A stretch of 64,000 nucleotides of DNA, from assembly GCA_964016885.1 (NCBI GenBank), contig OZ024743.1, positions 1,116,001 through 1,180,000 of the forward strand, given 5' to 3'. The notes beneath the pieces were generated by a model. The model saw nothing but the letters and a program-made list of their open reading frames with translations, did no database searches and was not told where the DNA came from. Source of the stretch: Eledone cirrhosa (taxonomy: Eukaryota). Below are positions 1-12,277 of this stretch, piece after piece (position 1 is the stretch's first letter; every line of letters starts with the position of its first letter). A program made the position numbers and the translations under genes.

Positions 1-243
1 GTATTTAAACGAAAGTATCTTCAGATGAGCATGCAACAGCTTCTACATGGATGTATGAAAGAACGAGAGAGCGAAGTGAAAGACTTCGTTAAGATATACT
101 CGAGAATGTATCGACCCACATGTGTGTTCTGTATGTCTGCACCTACTTTCTTTGCATGTGAATATGGGTACATGTGCATATAGTTGTAAATGCATTGATA
201 GGTTATACTTAAATAGCATACGATACGGAAGTAAATAGCAGTG

Positions 244-282
<39 letters not shown>

Positions 283-287
<5 letters not shown>

Positions 288-428
288 GGGTGTCGTAAGA
301 TACTAGGTAGACCATACCAGAGAACTCGATATTTTGAGTAGTAGAGTGAGTAATATTAAAAGATTCACGACCCCGAAGGGTCTAACTGTCGAAACGGCCG
401 GAGCTCAGCCGTCGGGGTCCTGAAACTT
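283..428. mobile_element. Family A fold-back element next to (TA)n, carrying the 3' half of a hammerhead ribozyme
   Basis: GAAAC-GGC-cggagctca-GCC-GTC-GGGGTC (HHR GAAA, stem III, GUC site and stem I strand); similar to 3546, 3750, 7536, 44497, 54260, 57352. Confidence 0.7.
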
Positions 429-617
429 TTGATATATATATTATATATATATATAAATATATATATTGGCTTTTTGCTACAATACTTTCTATACCTTTCA
501 TTTATATATATATATATATATATACGTGAAGATAGACATTTCTACATGTATGTATGTATGCATGTATGCATATATATATATATATGCATACATGCATATA
601 TATATATATATATATAT

Positions 618-766
618 GCATTGATACCTGTGCCGCCCAAAATCATCCCAACTTCAGAATCTTTCCCCTCTACAAATTTAAAGATAATGCCACCCACACC
701 CAGCGCATCAGCAAGGAATCTTACTTCATTAACAAATACGGACCCCGTCTAAACACTTCTCCCTAA
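618..766 (+). pseudogene. Penelope-like element GIY-YIG endonuclease C-terminal fragment
   Basis: Translates IDTCAAQNHPNFRIFPLYKFKDNATHTQRISKESYFINKYGPRLN, matching the R...E..FI.K..P.LN end of PLE endonucleases; starts at a (TA)n tract. Confidence 0.65.
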
Positions 767-1280
767 GACGAACCCACAACATACACACGTCAACATACAT
801 ACCTACATCAGCACACATCTCTACCCACATATAAACACAATGACACACGTAAACACACATGCTCTATGGTGCAATTTAAAAAAAATATGTGCATATATAT
901 GTATGTATATATGTATATATATATATATATGTAGTGAATATATGTATGTGTATATATATATAGTGAATATCATTTCACACCTTTTATTGTTAAGATTTTT
1001 GATGTTCTATTAAGAGAACCGATTTTACTGAAAAAATCGAATAATGTACACCATTTTACCAGGGGGAAAAAAATACTGGTCCACCCACACACACACACAC
1101 ACACATATATACACAAACACATACACACGCGTACATCAACATACAAAGAGACTTATACACACACACACACACACACACGCACTTCTCCGTATAAGACAAA
1201 AGCTGAAAAATATCTTTTGACATGCTAAAATATCCCCATTGCTTTCAGACACATTCTTACTGACCATCGAATTACTCTGC

Positions 1281-1373
<93 letters not shown>

Positions 1374-1465
1374 ATCTTAATAGCCATTTGACACACATCG
1401 CTGCTGGCCATTGTCGCAGCATCGAACACCTTACTACTACTACTACACACACACACATACACACA

Positions 1466-1540
<75 letters not shown>

Positions 1541-1575
1541 ACACACATATTTGTTGTGAAAGAGTTATTTCTCAA

Positions 1576-1803
1576 TCTTGGCGCAAAACCAATTTTTTAT
1601 CCACATGACCTCTACCGACCAATCAAAATTGTTTTGACCAAGAATTTTTGCTGGAGCCACTTTTTTAACATAAAAACAGTCTTGGCGCAAAATCAACTTT
1701 TTACATTCACATGACCTCTACCGACCAATCAAAATTGTTTTGACCACAAGCATTTTTGCAACACAAAAATAACGCTGGAGCCACTTTTTTAACATAAAAA
1801 CAG
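1576..1803. repeat. Imperfect tandem duplication, about 105 bp x2
   Basis: tcttggcgcaaaa...cacatgacctctaccgaccaatcaaaattgttttgacca...gctggagccacttttttaacataaaaacag occurs twice. Confidence 0.85.
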
Positions 1804-2058
1804 GTAGAATTCCCAAAACTAATCAGATCAGAGCAAACAGCACGGACACTCTATCTCAAAATTATTTTTGAAAAGCATTTAGAAATGCGCAACCGGTAAA
1901 AACTTAAAAACTTAAAACCACAACTGAATACTAACCCATACAATCACTAATACTCTTTTATTCCTAATTAAACCATTTTTCAACTGTGAACAATTTGTCA
2001 GCATTTTCTATTCCGTTTACCAATATATAATAACTTGTGTGTTACACCTCTATTCTTT

Positions 2059-2107
<49 letters not shown>

Positions 2108-2145
2108 TTATTAAATAACAGATTAGTCTTCAAATTTATTATTAT

Positions 2146-2217
<72 letters not shown>

Positions 2218-2426
2218 AGAACCGTCTATCTACACGTAGAAACGTCTATCTACACGTATGAAAAATATATACATAGGTGCGAGCACGTACACACAAACAA
2301 GCAACCACACACACACACACACACATATATATATAAAAATATAGAAAGAGAGAATGATAGAGGATTTGAGTTGGAGAGGGAGAAATGTATACATTATATA
2401 CCTATATATATATACATATATATATT

Positions 2427-2460
<34 letters not shown>

Positions 2461-2703
2461 TATTGATAGTTAGATAGACATATACTTGCATACAGTCTGC
2501 ATATATTTCAGACACACCCAGCATTAGTCACCCAACAGATGGTGTACAGTCATGAAATTTAGTACTGGTTGTTACATGACACAAAACTACAGCCGATATC
2601 TCGGTCAGTTGCTAGCGATATGTTGGGTGGCATGTTTCGTGTTCTTGTTTCTGTCATGTGTAGGTGTGCGTGTCTGTATGTGTACCTGTTTCTACGCGTA
2701 TGC

Positions 2704-2741
<38 letters not shown>

Positions 2742-3101
2742 CGTATATATATATGTTTGTGTGTGTATCTCCCACTCCACTCTCTTTGTATCTCTCTCTT
2801 GCTCTTTCCCTTTCTCACCCTCCCACTGAATTATTGGGTGCTCTGCCTACATGTTTATGTTACGTAAATGTGGGTTGTGTATGGGTTATATTATGTATTT
2901 CTGCGAGAATTGTGAACGTGAGCAGTAATACGTGATTTGATAAGTATATAGCAGACATGCCTGTCTGTTTATATGAGATCGCTAGGTGTGTGTGTGTGTG
3001 TGCATTTGGTGCGGGGAGGGGCTGTGAAGGTAGCTTCGCGGTTGAAAATGCGGGAAGACAACTAATCGAAGTAGAACTCATTACATACTATAGCGCAGAA
3101 T

Positions 3102-3202
<101 letters not shown>

Positions 3203-3225
3203 GTATGTAATAAATAACATAATAT

Positions 3226-3411
3226 TGGATTGGCAGTATTGGTAGAGTGTCGGGCGCCATGCTTTGAAGCATAGAGTTACCTCCCTTTATGATCTGAGTT
3301 CAAATCCCGCCGAGGTTAACTTTGCCTTTCATCCTTACGGGGTCGATAAAATAAAGTACCAGTAATGCCAGTGCATAATTGCTGGCCTGGTGCCAAAAGT
3401 AGAAACAATTA
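3226..3411 (+). mobile_element. tRNA-derived SINE (abundant family S1)
   Basis: A-box TGGCAGTATTGG, B-box GAGTTCAAATCC, body gcctttcatccttacggggtcgataaaataaagtaccag, tail aaagtagaaacaatta; about 11 copies in the window. Confidence 0.9.
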
Positions 3412-3515
3412 TGTTATTTATTACATAACTAATAAGCTCTGTAGCCTACATAGAGCACTCTTTTTTCCTGTACCTTTCTGACGGAAATACTTCATTTACA
3501 CACACACACACACAT

Positions 3516-3545
<30 letters not shown>

Positions 3546-3548
<3 letters not shown>

Positions 3549-3692
3549 ACGAAGAAAGGGTGGTAAGCAACCAGGTGGACCATAACGCACACCATAGTAC
3601 TCAATATTTAGGGTAGTAGAATGGGTAATAGGGAATGAGACAGGACCCCGACGGCTGAGCTCCGGCCGTTTCGACAGCTAGATCCGAACGTT

Positions 3693-3751
<59 letters not shown>

Positions 3752-3912
3752 GGAAAATGTATGACCCCGACGGCAGAGCTGAAGCCGTTTCGACGAAACG
3801 GCTTCAGCTCTCCTGTCGGCCTCATACTTTTCCTTTTTCCCACTCTACTACCCTAAGTATTGAGTACTCTGGTGCGTTTTGGTCCATCTGGTTCCTTACC
3901 ACAATTGCTTTG

Positions 3913-3914
<2 letters not shown>
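3546..3914. mobile_element. Two family A elements (3546-3700 and 3750-3914)
   Basis: Shared ~100 bp tail ending at (TA)n plus a fold-back centred at or near the HHR GAAA. Confidence 0.8.
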
Positions 3915-3960
<46 letters not shown>

Positions 3961-3997
3961 TGAAATTTCCATTCTTTAGAAATCATCAGGAATCAAT

Positions 3998-4050
3998 GAG
4001 ATTCCTGATGATTTCTAAAGAATGAAACAGTTGTAGTCCTGTAGAATCTC
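3998..4050 (+). ncRNA. Type I hammerhead ribozyme, family H
   Basis: GAGATTC CTGATGA tTTCtaaaGAAt GAAA CAG ttgtagtc CTG TA GAATCTC: 7-bp stem I, 4-bp stem III, GUA site. Confidence 0.85.
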
Positions 4051-4069
4051 ATCTATATATATATATATA

Positions 4070-5010
4070 TAAATGAGACGTATAGAGATTGTTTTAGCAA
4101 GAAGCTAACGGCATTCTATAACATATATGCGACTATAACGTCAAGATGGGAAAAGTAGTTAACGAAAGATTTAGGAAAAATAACTCAAACTCATCTCAAA
4201 AGAGAATCAGGATACAAATTCATCCACAGAATTTAGTAAAATCCATGGAAAAATCTATAGACCTTTAACTCATGATAAAACAAAGTTTGAAACACTTATC
4301 CTTCAATTTGGAATAACATCAAATGCTCTGTATAGTCTTAAAAGACTATTTCATGAAAACTTTCAGTGGAGATGGTCACGGTTGGAATATCATTCATCAG
4401 CAGAGCTCAACAGAAAACCAGGGCTCTCACAGTAATATAGTCCGAAAAAGGGAATTCTAAAACTGGCTAGTTCGCCTTCATGTGTATTTATGAAAAAGCA
4501 CATGAGGAAAAAACGGGGCTAGTGACGTCAGGATGGAAGTGAATGTTTATTTACAAGAAATAGCAGTCAAATACATTCTGAAAAAAACTCTACAAGGAGT
4601 TCAGCAAAATAGCAATAATTATCACAGTTTTTATGAAAAAACCCGGGATTAGTCACAGATAGTTTAAGCACTCTAGGAAAAGAATCCGAGTATAAATATA
4701 AATGAGACGTATAGAGATTGTTTTAGCAAGAAGCTAACGGCATTCTATAACATATATGCGACTATAACGTCAAGATGGGAAAAGTAGTTAACGAAAGATT
4801 TAGGAAAAATAACTCAAACTCATCTCAAAAGAGAATCAGGATACAAATTCATCCACAGAATTTAGTAAAATCCATGGAAAAATCTATAGACCTTTAACTC
4901 ATGATAAAACAAAGTTTGAAACACTTATCCTTCAATTTGGAATAACATCAAATGCTCTGTATAGTCTTAAAAGACTATTTCATGAAAACTTTCAGTGGAG
5001 ATGGTCACGG
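4070..5010 (-). mobile_element. Family B retrozyme / PLE pseudo-LTR-like element, 629-bp monomer x1.5, flanked by (TA)n
   Basis: 4072-4381 is repeated at 4701-5010; no ORF; HHR inside. Confidence 0.85.
4325..4406 (-). ncRNA. Type I hammerhead ribozyme, family B
   Basis: Minus strand GCTCTG CTGATGA ATGA..(long loop)..TCAT GAAA TAGTCTT tt AAGACTA TA CAGAGC; AUA site, predicted cut between 4331 and 4330. Confidence 0.9.
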
Positions 5011-5142
5011 TATATATATATATATAAATCTGTATGTATTATATATATATATATATATAAATCTGTATGTATTATATATATATATATATATATAGATATA
5101 TATATATAATACATACAGATTTATATATAGAGAGAGAGAGAT

Positions 5143-5195
5143 GAGATTCTACAGGACTAGAACTGTTTCATTCTTTAGAAATCATCAGGAATCTC
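5143..5195 (-). ncRNA. Type I hammerhead ribozyme, family H copy 2
   Basis: Near-identical reverse complement of 3998-4050. Confidence 0.85.
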
Positions 5196-5264
5196 ATTTA
5201 GGAATAGGAAATTCAAATACATATTTGTATACATCTATGTTCGAAGCTAAATTCTAATTCTATT

Positions 5265-5341
<77 letters not shown>

Positions 5342-5344
<3 letters not shown>

Positions 5345-5870
5345 AATAGAATTAGAATTTAGCTTCGAACATAGATGTATACAAATATGTATTTGAATTT
5401 CCTATTCCTAAAGAAATACGGTATGTTTATAAATAAACATTTAGAAAGACATAGCTATGAAAGACACAAGCAGCAAACGCCCACACAGCACTGCTCGGCA
5501 GAAGCAAGAGGGACAATCGTCGATGTATTTTGAACTCAACTGGTCCTCGTCAAGACGATCTCTCCCGTTTTTACAACTTCCGCGCACTTTGAAAACAGGC
5601 GCAAATATATAGATTTTTCGTGTGTGATTAATCTCATTTGCATATGAAGCTGTATAATTTGGCTCAACTTAATATAGCATAAAATTAGAATTTAGCTTCG
5701 AATATAGTTGTATATGTATTTGAACTTCGTATTTCTAAAGAAATACGGTATGTTTATAAATAAACATTTAGAAAGCCGTTGCTATGAAAGACACTGGCCG
5801 CTAACACCACACAACGGTGCTCGGCAGAAGTAAGAGGGACAATCGTCAATGCATTCAAACTCAAGCAAAT
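5342..5870 (-). mobile_element. Family G element, 333-bp monomer x1.5, with degenerate HHR at 5516-5559
   Basis: aattagaatttagcttcg at 5350 and 5683; minus strand ATCGTC tTGACGA GGAC..GTTC aAAA tacaTC GACGAT (6-bp stem I, two core substitutions). Confidence 0.65.
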
Positions 5871-5984
5871 TCCAATGGTCAGTTATCTAGCCAGATAATA
5901 AACTTCACATCTCTTCCACTTCAAATCATCCATTGTCAGGGCTTTGCATAAGTCATGCATATGAATAAACTTTAATATATAATT

Positions 5985-6280
5985 ACGCGGTGTTTGATTA
6001 AATAGAATTAGTCTCTTAGTTGGGATTTTTAAAAACCCTCTGAATGGAAAAAAAGGATGAGTATTGACGTACATAGGACATGAACCCACAACTTTGGTTT
6101 GCCTAACGGTAGTACATAATGGTAACACATTGGTTCGGCAAACCAAAGTTGTTGATTCGTGTCCCTTGTTCGTCAATACTCATCTTTTTTTCCATTCAGA
6201 GATATTTTTTTTAAATCCCATCTCAGAGACTATTTCTATTTAGTCAAGTACTGCGTAAGCACATGTTACTACCTAGTTTA
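5985..6280. mobile_element. Fold-back element with tRNA-like head
   Basis: Arms ~5985-6105 and ~6139-6258 are imperfect inverted copies; tRNA-like TGGTAACACA-TTGGTT cggc AAACCAA-..GTGGGTTC (consensus of arms). Confidence 0.6.
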
Positions 6281-6296
6281 TATATATATATATATA

Positions 6297-7215
6297 GTAT
6301 AAAGTATGCCCATAGAATCATTTGATAATATATATACACCATATCCTCTCCCAATTAGCATAATCAACCACACAAAAAATCAATTAAACCAGGCTATAAG
6401 ATTAAAAGGCACCTATGAAGAAATAGAGGATAAATAAACGACAGCAATTTATTCGTGATCAACCGCTATAGAATATCTACCCAACATTTCAATAGCACGT
6501 GGAAATCGATTAAATATACCGTCAACCTTACACAATTAGGTAGAAAATTAAAGTTAGAAGAAAAAATGCATATACACATACCAGGATTACGTTTCTACCC
6601 TCAGGGTTTCGTTCGCTTTCGGAAATATCCTATCAAGGATAAAATCTCGAGCTTCGAACTCATCAGGAAACAAACTCATTCGGACAAAGAATTTTCTTAA
6701 GTGATCCCCGCCAGAAACGAATTCAAAATGGCTAAGAACTGTGACGTGGCAGTGGTCAAGTCAGAAAGAATGTGATTGGTGGCTTACGGCGAGTGGGCAG
6801 GTTGCTAAAAAGCGCAGCCCAATATGGCCCAAATTGCATCTCAAACTTATGGTAGATTATCAAATATAAAGATTTACATATACACAAACTAGACAATGTC
6901 ACATATATATATGTTTTGGCAACCATTCACGATGTGGCTCAATGTTGAATTAGTAAATTAAATAATCAGAGCAATATACTAGAAAGTATGTCCATAGAAT
7001 CATTTGATAATATATATACACAATTTCCTCTCCCAATTAGCATAATCAACCACACAAAAAATCAATTAAACCAGGCTATAAGATTAAAAAGCACCTATGA
7101 AGAAATAGTAGATAAATAAACGACAACAATTTATTCGCGATCAACCGCTATAGAATATCTACCCAACATTTCAATAGCACGTGGAAATCGATTAAATATA
7201 CCGTCAACCATACAG

Positions 7216-7220
<5 letters not shown>
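6297..7220 (-). mobile_element. Family C retrozyme / pseudo-LTR-like element, 682-bp monomer x1.35, in (TA)n
   Basis: aaagtatg.ccatagaatc at 6301 and 6983; ~235 bp repeated; non-coding. Confidence 0.85.
6591..6671 (-). ncRNA. Type I hammerhead ribozyme, family C
   Basis: Minus strand GTTTC CTGATGA GTTCG..CGAAC GAAA CCC tga GGG TA GAAAC; canonical core, GUA site. Confidence 0.92.
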
Positions 7221-7260
<40 letters not shown>

Positions 7261-7282
7261 AGATATATAATATATATATATG

Positions 7283-7346
<64 letters not shown>

Positions 7347-7352
7347 TATATG

Positions 7353-7427
<75 letters not shown>

Positions 7428-7503
7428 ATTATATATATATATTATATATATATATATATTATATATATATATATTATATATATATATATTATATATATAT
7501 ATA

Positions 7504-7534
<31 letters not shown>

Positions 7535-7535
7535 T

Positions 7536-7698
7536 ATAACGAAGGAAGTGAGGTAAGGAACCAGCTGGACCATAACCCACCAGAGTACTCAATACTTTGG
7601 GTAGTAGAGTGGGTAATAGGAAAATGTTCAAGACCCCGACGGCAGAGCTTAAGCCGTCGAAACGGCTTGAGCTCTGCCGTCGGCGTCTTGAACATTTT

Positions 7699-7701
<3 letters not shown>
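7536..7701. mobile_element. Family A fold-back element
   Basis: ~40-bp inverted arms centred on gccgt-cgaa-acggc, plus an ~80-bp tail; (TA)n on both sides. Confidence 0.85.
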
Positions 7702-7776
<75 letters not shown>

Positions 7777-7842
7777 GAAGAGAGAAGAAACATTTAGATA
7801 TAATTAGTAATAAAATGTATCATACCTAAACTGTTCCTAAAT

Positions 7843-7930
7843 TCCTCGACTACGTAGTTTCGTGGCATAAACAAAAACAATATATCAAAGATATAGAGTC
7901 CTTGCGAGGTCTGCCGACTTATCAAGAGGA
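7843..7930 (-). ncRNA. Hammerhead ribozyme with U3-A8 variant core, family D
   Basis: Minus strand TCCTC TTGATAA GTcGGCA..TGCCAC GAAA CTACGTAG TC GAGGA; palindromic stem III, GUC site. Confidence 0.8.
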
Positions 7931-8433
7931 TACCTCATTTTACTAGTCTCAAGAACGCGTCTACACGACGTGAGAAAGAATCCCAAAAGGCGGAGGGGGA
8001 GATAGTCACGCGATATAACGGTCGAGAAACAGAGCTAAGCCTCTTATAACCACGAAGAAAATACCACGGAGGCGGAGGGGGTATTCATATCGAGGCCGCA
8101 GAAGAGGTAGTGAAGAAGGCGAGAAGTGTGAGTAATGGAAGCTTTCCAGTTGTCCCCACACTTCAAAGATTGCTCGACCAGAGGGAGTTATTAATATATT
8201 TAAAAACACACAGATACATGCGGACACACACATATATACATGAATGCATCCGCACCCAACTGTGAGTTAAGGGTGCCAACTTCACCGATGTTGCTCAATG
8301 AATGACTGGGACAGACCAATTCAGTTTGAACCAGACTGAACCAGTATCAGAGTTAAAAATACATTATGAAGAGAGAAGAAACATTTAGATATAATTAGTA
8401 ATAAAATGTATCATACCTAAACTGTTCCTAAAT

Positions 8434-8521
8434 TCCTCGACTACGTAGTTTCGTGGCATAAACAAAAACAATATATCAAAGATATAGAGTCCTTGCGAGG
8501 TCTGCCGACTTATCAAGAGGA
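8434..8521 (-). ncRNA. Hammerhead ribozyme with U3-A8 variant core, family D copy 2
   Basis: Same sequence as 7843-7930, 591 nt away. Confidence 0.8.
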
Positions 8522-9756
8522 TACCTCATTTTACTAGTCTCAAGAACGCGTCTACACGACGTGAGAAAGAATCCCAAAAGGCGGAGGGGGAGATAGTCAC
8601 GCGATATAACGGTCGAGAAACAGAGCTAAGCCTCTTATAACCACGAAGAAAATACCACATATTTGTATTTATATATATATATATACATATATAGGTGCGT
8701 TTAAAACACGCACACACACATATACTCCCACATATATGTGTGCATGTGTATGCGCACGCATGTATGTGTGTGTGAATGTTTGTATGTATGTGTGTGCGAA
8801 CGTAGAGCTAGCATGGCGTATTTGTCAGTTTGTTTTTGTTTTACTTATTCAAGCTTGATGTGATTGCGATGAGTTCGTACATGAAAACTAAAGATTTAAA
8901 TGTACCCTGCTGATGTGTACATCTCTGTATATATAAGGGCACATACACTTTTCTATTCTTTCAATGTTGTTGGAAGAATGGTGTAACATTTAGCGGTACC
9001 AGAATGCATATTCATTTTTATATTTATCTTTAGAATAGGGAACACAATCTCAGTGTTCTACATACCTATTTCTTCCCGAAGAGTATTTCCCATCTGAATA
9101 ATTTTCCAAAGCTATATACATCTGTAACAATGAGAGTGAGCAATCCTATACAGTGAATAAGAAAGGGATAACTTTTCACTCTTTTTTAATTTTGTTTAAT
9201 TTTGTTTTCGTTTTGTCAGTGTGTGTGTGAGGATTTTGTGTTGAAATAATTTTTTTGGGAAGCATTAAACGTATATATTTTGTATCTTATATATTTTTCA
9301 CAGTTTATTGAAAGGGGGAAAGACTGCACCCATATCCTTAAAAGAAGGTTTCTGAAATTGATTAACCACGGATCATTTTTTACCTCAGACTGGATATCCT
9401 ACGCGTGTCTCTTTTGCAAGAGTGGACCCTGCTAAATTATATCCAAAGCACCGAGCAGAAACCAAGAGAAATGTAAGGCAAACGTCAACCACTGCTATCT
9501 TAACACTCTGGAAATGTTTTCAAAAAGTGTGAACTCTTCTCTTCTTAGTTGGACCAGGATTCACCCCTCCCAGAAACTGCTACGCTGACGGTGATATTTT
9601 GTTTATTGTCAGTTCTGATGACAAAACAAAATGTGTTGTAGAATAAATTAAATGACGATCGGCCTGCTATTTCCTCCACAGTACCAACTGAGTTATTTTA
9701 TTTGAATCGTCATGAACATGACTGAACAGGAGAGACGTAGTGGTTCTATTAATTAA

Positions 9757-9990
9757 CTAGTATAATACCCGTCAAACATGACAGGGTTCATTGTAAAAGA
9801 TATCTGATTTGATAACACTTTAGTTATTATGTAAAAATGCATGAAACCTCGATTTCCCACGTCCTGGTAACTCCAGGTATCGTTCTATATCATTTTATAA
9901 ACATTTGAATTAATTACAACAATTATCTCCCAATTGTCTTCTTTAAGCATTGTACTAAAATTCAAAGACTTTGTCATATCTATCTATCTT
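9757..9990 (-). mobile_element. Probable Helitron 3' end; left boundary defined, right boundary approximate
   Basis: aCTAGtataatacccgtc aaacat gacagggt: CTAG terminus with a subterminal hairpin. Confidence 0.45.
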
Positions 9991-10122
9991 CGGATTGGTA
10001 TTGGGATTTGTGTTTTGCTGTTAATGTTGTTTTATCAAAAAGACAAATACACGTTCGCGGACACACAGATAGAAAGAAGAGGAGCTAGGTGGGTAGATAG
10101 ACAGATAGATAGGCAACAGACC

Positions 10123-10203
<81 letters not shown>

Positions 10204-10205
<2 letters not shown>

Positions 10206-10410
10206 TATCACTAAAGTCTAGATGCATAGGAATGGTGAGGTTAACCGACAGAATGTTCAAATATTGGTTGCAAAACAATCCGCATTGTGTGGTTCATTCC
10301 AAAGAGCAAAGAGCTGTTATTTATTAATATTGCAATTAAATTATAATGTTCATGATTTTTTTCATCGAAAATATGCAATTTACCTTTAAGGCCAGACTTT
10401 AGGGACATCC
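10204..10410. mobile_element. Tc1/mariner-like MITE
   Basis: Imperfect TIRs ggtatcactaaagtct / agactttagggacatcc next to TA. Confidence 0.55.
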
Positions 10411-11119
10411 TCTCTCTTCTCTCTCTCTCTTTATATATATATATATATATATATGGTTTCACTATATACATACATATATATGTATATATATATATATACA
10501 TATATATATAAACGGAAAAAATGAAACGAAATTTCATTTCCCACTCTTAGTACGGCTGTTACTTAAATATAAGTATGTACACGTACATACATATATGTAT
10601 ACAGACGTACAGTAGTATGTATATATATATACATACATGCACACACATATATATATATGTACGTATGGATTCACCGAACATTTATTATAATGCTCGGTAT
10701 GTTTGTAAACAAACGTCCCGTATTAAGCCGTTGTGTCCAGCAACCATCGTTGCTCGTTTGTTCAACACTGACAAAGGAACGCTGTACTAGTTTCAAGCTT
10801 ATTAGCTATCGTCAGCAACGTATACCTTCCTGCCAGATTGTTATATATATATATATATAGTAATAATAAATGGGAAGACTAAAATCCGAAGGATAATATA
10901 TATATGAAAAATATATATATATATATATAAAACCGTTGAGGAAATATTTATTATATGTACAGATTAAAGTTTAAGCAAAGAACCGATGCTAACACCCTTT
11001 TACGGGATCTTCTGAAGATTCTTTGCTTAACATTTAATCTGTACATATAATATATAATATATATATACATATATATAATATATAATATATATATAATATA
11101 TACATATAATATATAATAT

Positions 11120-11352
11120 ATGAGTTTTGCAAGAGATGTCAACATGAATGGACCTGTTATTTTTATCTAAAGACATTTTTTCCAATTCCATCACGCCCGT
11201 CCCCTCAATCAATCTTATTTCTCATTCTTTCTTCTGATGAAAGACTAGCCTCCGAAACGTTAAGACACTCTTCCTGCTATATCAAGTGTTAACCTAATAT
11301 ATCCCTTCCATATACTGTACCGATTGTGTTGTTATTTCTGTTTACCTTTTAC
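11120..11352 (+). mobile_element. Family K element in (TA)n with minimal HHR at 11230-11265
   Basis: TCTT CTGATGA a agactagcctcc GAAAC GTT AAGA (stem II decayed in this copy); homologous to 31979-32200. Confidence 0.75.
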
Positions 11353-11632
11353 ATACATATATATATAGAGAGAGAGGTAGAACACTGGAAGGTAATATCT
11401 GTAGTGGTAGAGCACTCATATATATATATATAGCAATAACCAAAGAGTGCTTAGAAATACATTGTATTTATTATAAACCTTTAACGGCTCTGTAGTATAC
11501 CAGTTATCCTACATTGATATATTTGTCAACGAAACTATATATATATATAAATGAAGTAATTCCGTCGGAAAGGTCCAGGAAAACAGAGTGCCCTATGTAG
11601 GTTACAGAGCTTAATAGTTTACACCAGGATTT

Positions 11633-11693
11633 TTTCATTCTGATGATTGAAAGCAAAATTTGTTTGCTTTCAAGAAACCACTGGTATATGAAA
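11633..11693 (+). ncRNA. Type I hammerhead ribozyme, family M (element 11549-11716, fold-back)
   Basis: TTTCATt CTGATGA TTGAAAGCAAA atttg TTTGCTTTCAA GAAA CCA c TGG TA tATGAAA; 11-bp stem II, GUA site. Confidence 0.88.
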
Positions 11694-11971
11694 TAATTGC
11701 CTTATGTTGTTTATTATATATATATATATATATATACACTGTATACATGGGAAACAAAGTCTATGGAGGTTATACCTTCAACAATAGATGGATTGAAGTG
11801 GAAGAGATAAGAGCTGTTTAGGTGCATTGATAACTGAGCATTAGCGTCCTTAAAATAAATGTTGTTAGGAAATTTGTGACCAATATTTTATTAATGGGTG
11901 TCGTTTTAAATAAGCTATTTCATTCTACATTTAGCTGGTATATATGTGCTCTCTCTCTCTCTCTCTTTACC

Positions 11972-12005
<34 letters not shown>

Positions 12006-12277
12006 ATTCTCTCTCTGTCTCTCTCAGCGTGTCTCTTTATCTCTATTCTGCTTCTCACATTTGTACCTCAAACTCCTCCTCCTTTAGTTTTCTTTGATCT
12101 TCACCCTCCTCTCTGCCCACACTCACTCTCCGGTCACGTAAACTGTATTTTATTACTCATATATGTAACAGGCTAAATAAAAGGAGAAAGGAGAGGAGAA
12201 AACGAATGGTGTTAAATGAACAATAAATTTTTTTTTAAATTACGCGTAAAATGCCGCAGGCATTCATTCCTTACTTT

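Larger units (their letters stand above)
7772..8658 (-). mobile_element. Family D retrozyme-like element, 591-bp monomer x1.5, with two HHRs
   Basis: 7772-8067 is repeated at 8363-8658. Confidence 0.88.

Noticed and set aside
9614-9650. Isolated CTGATGA motifs (also near 31016)
   Set aside because: No downstream GAAA..UH with pairing stems; expected by chance
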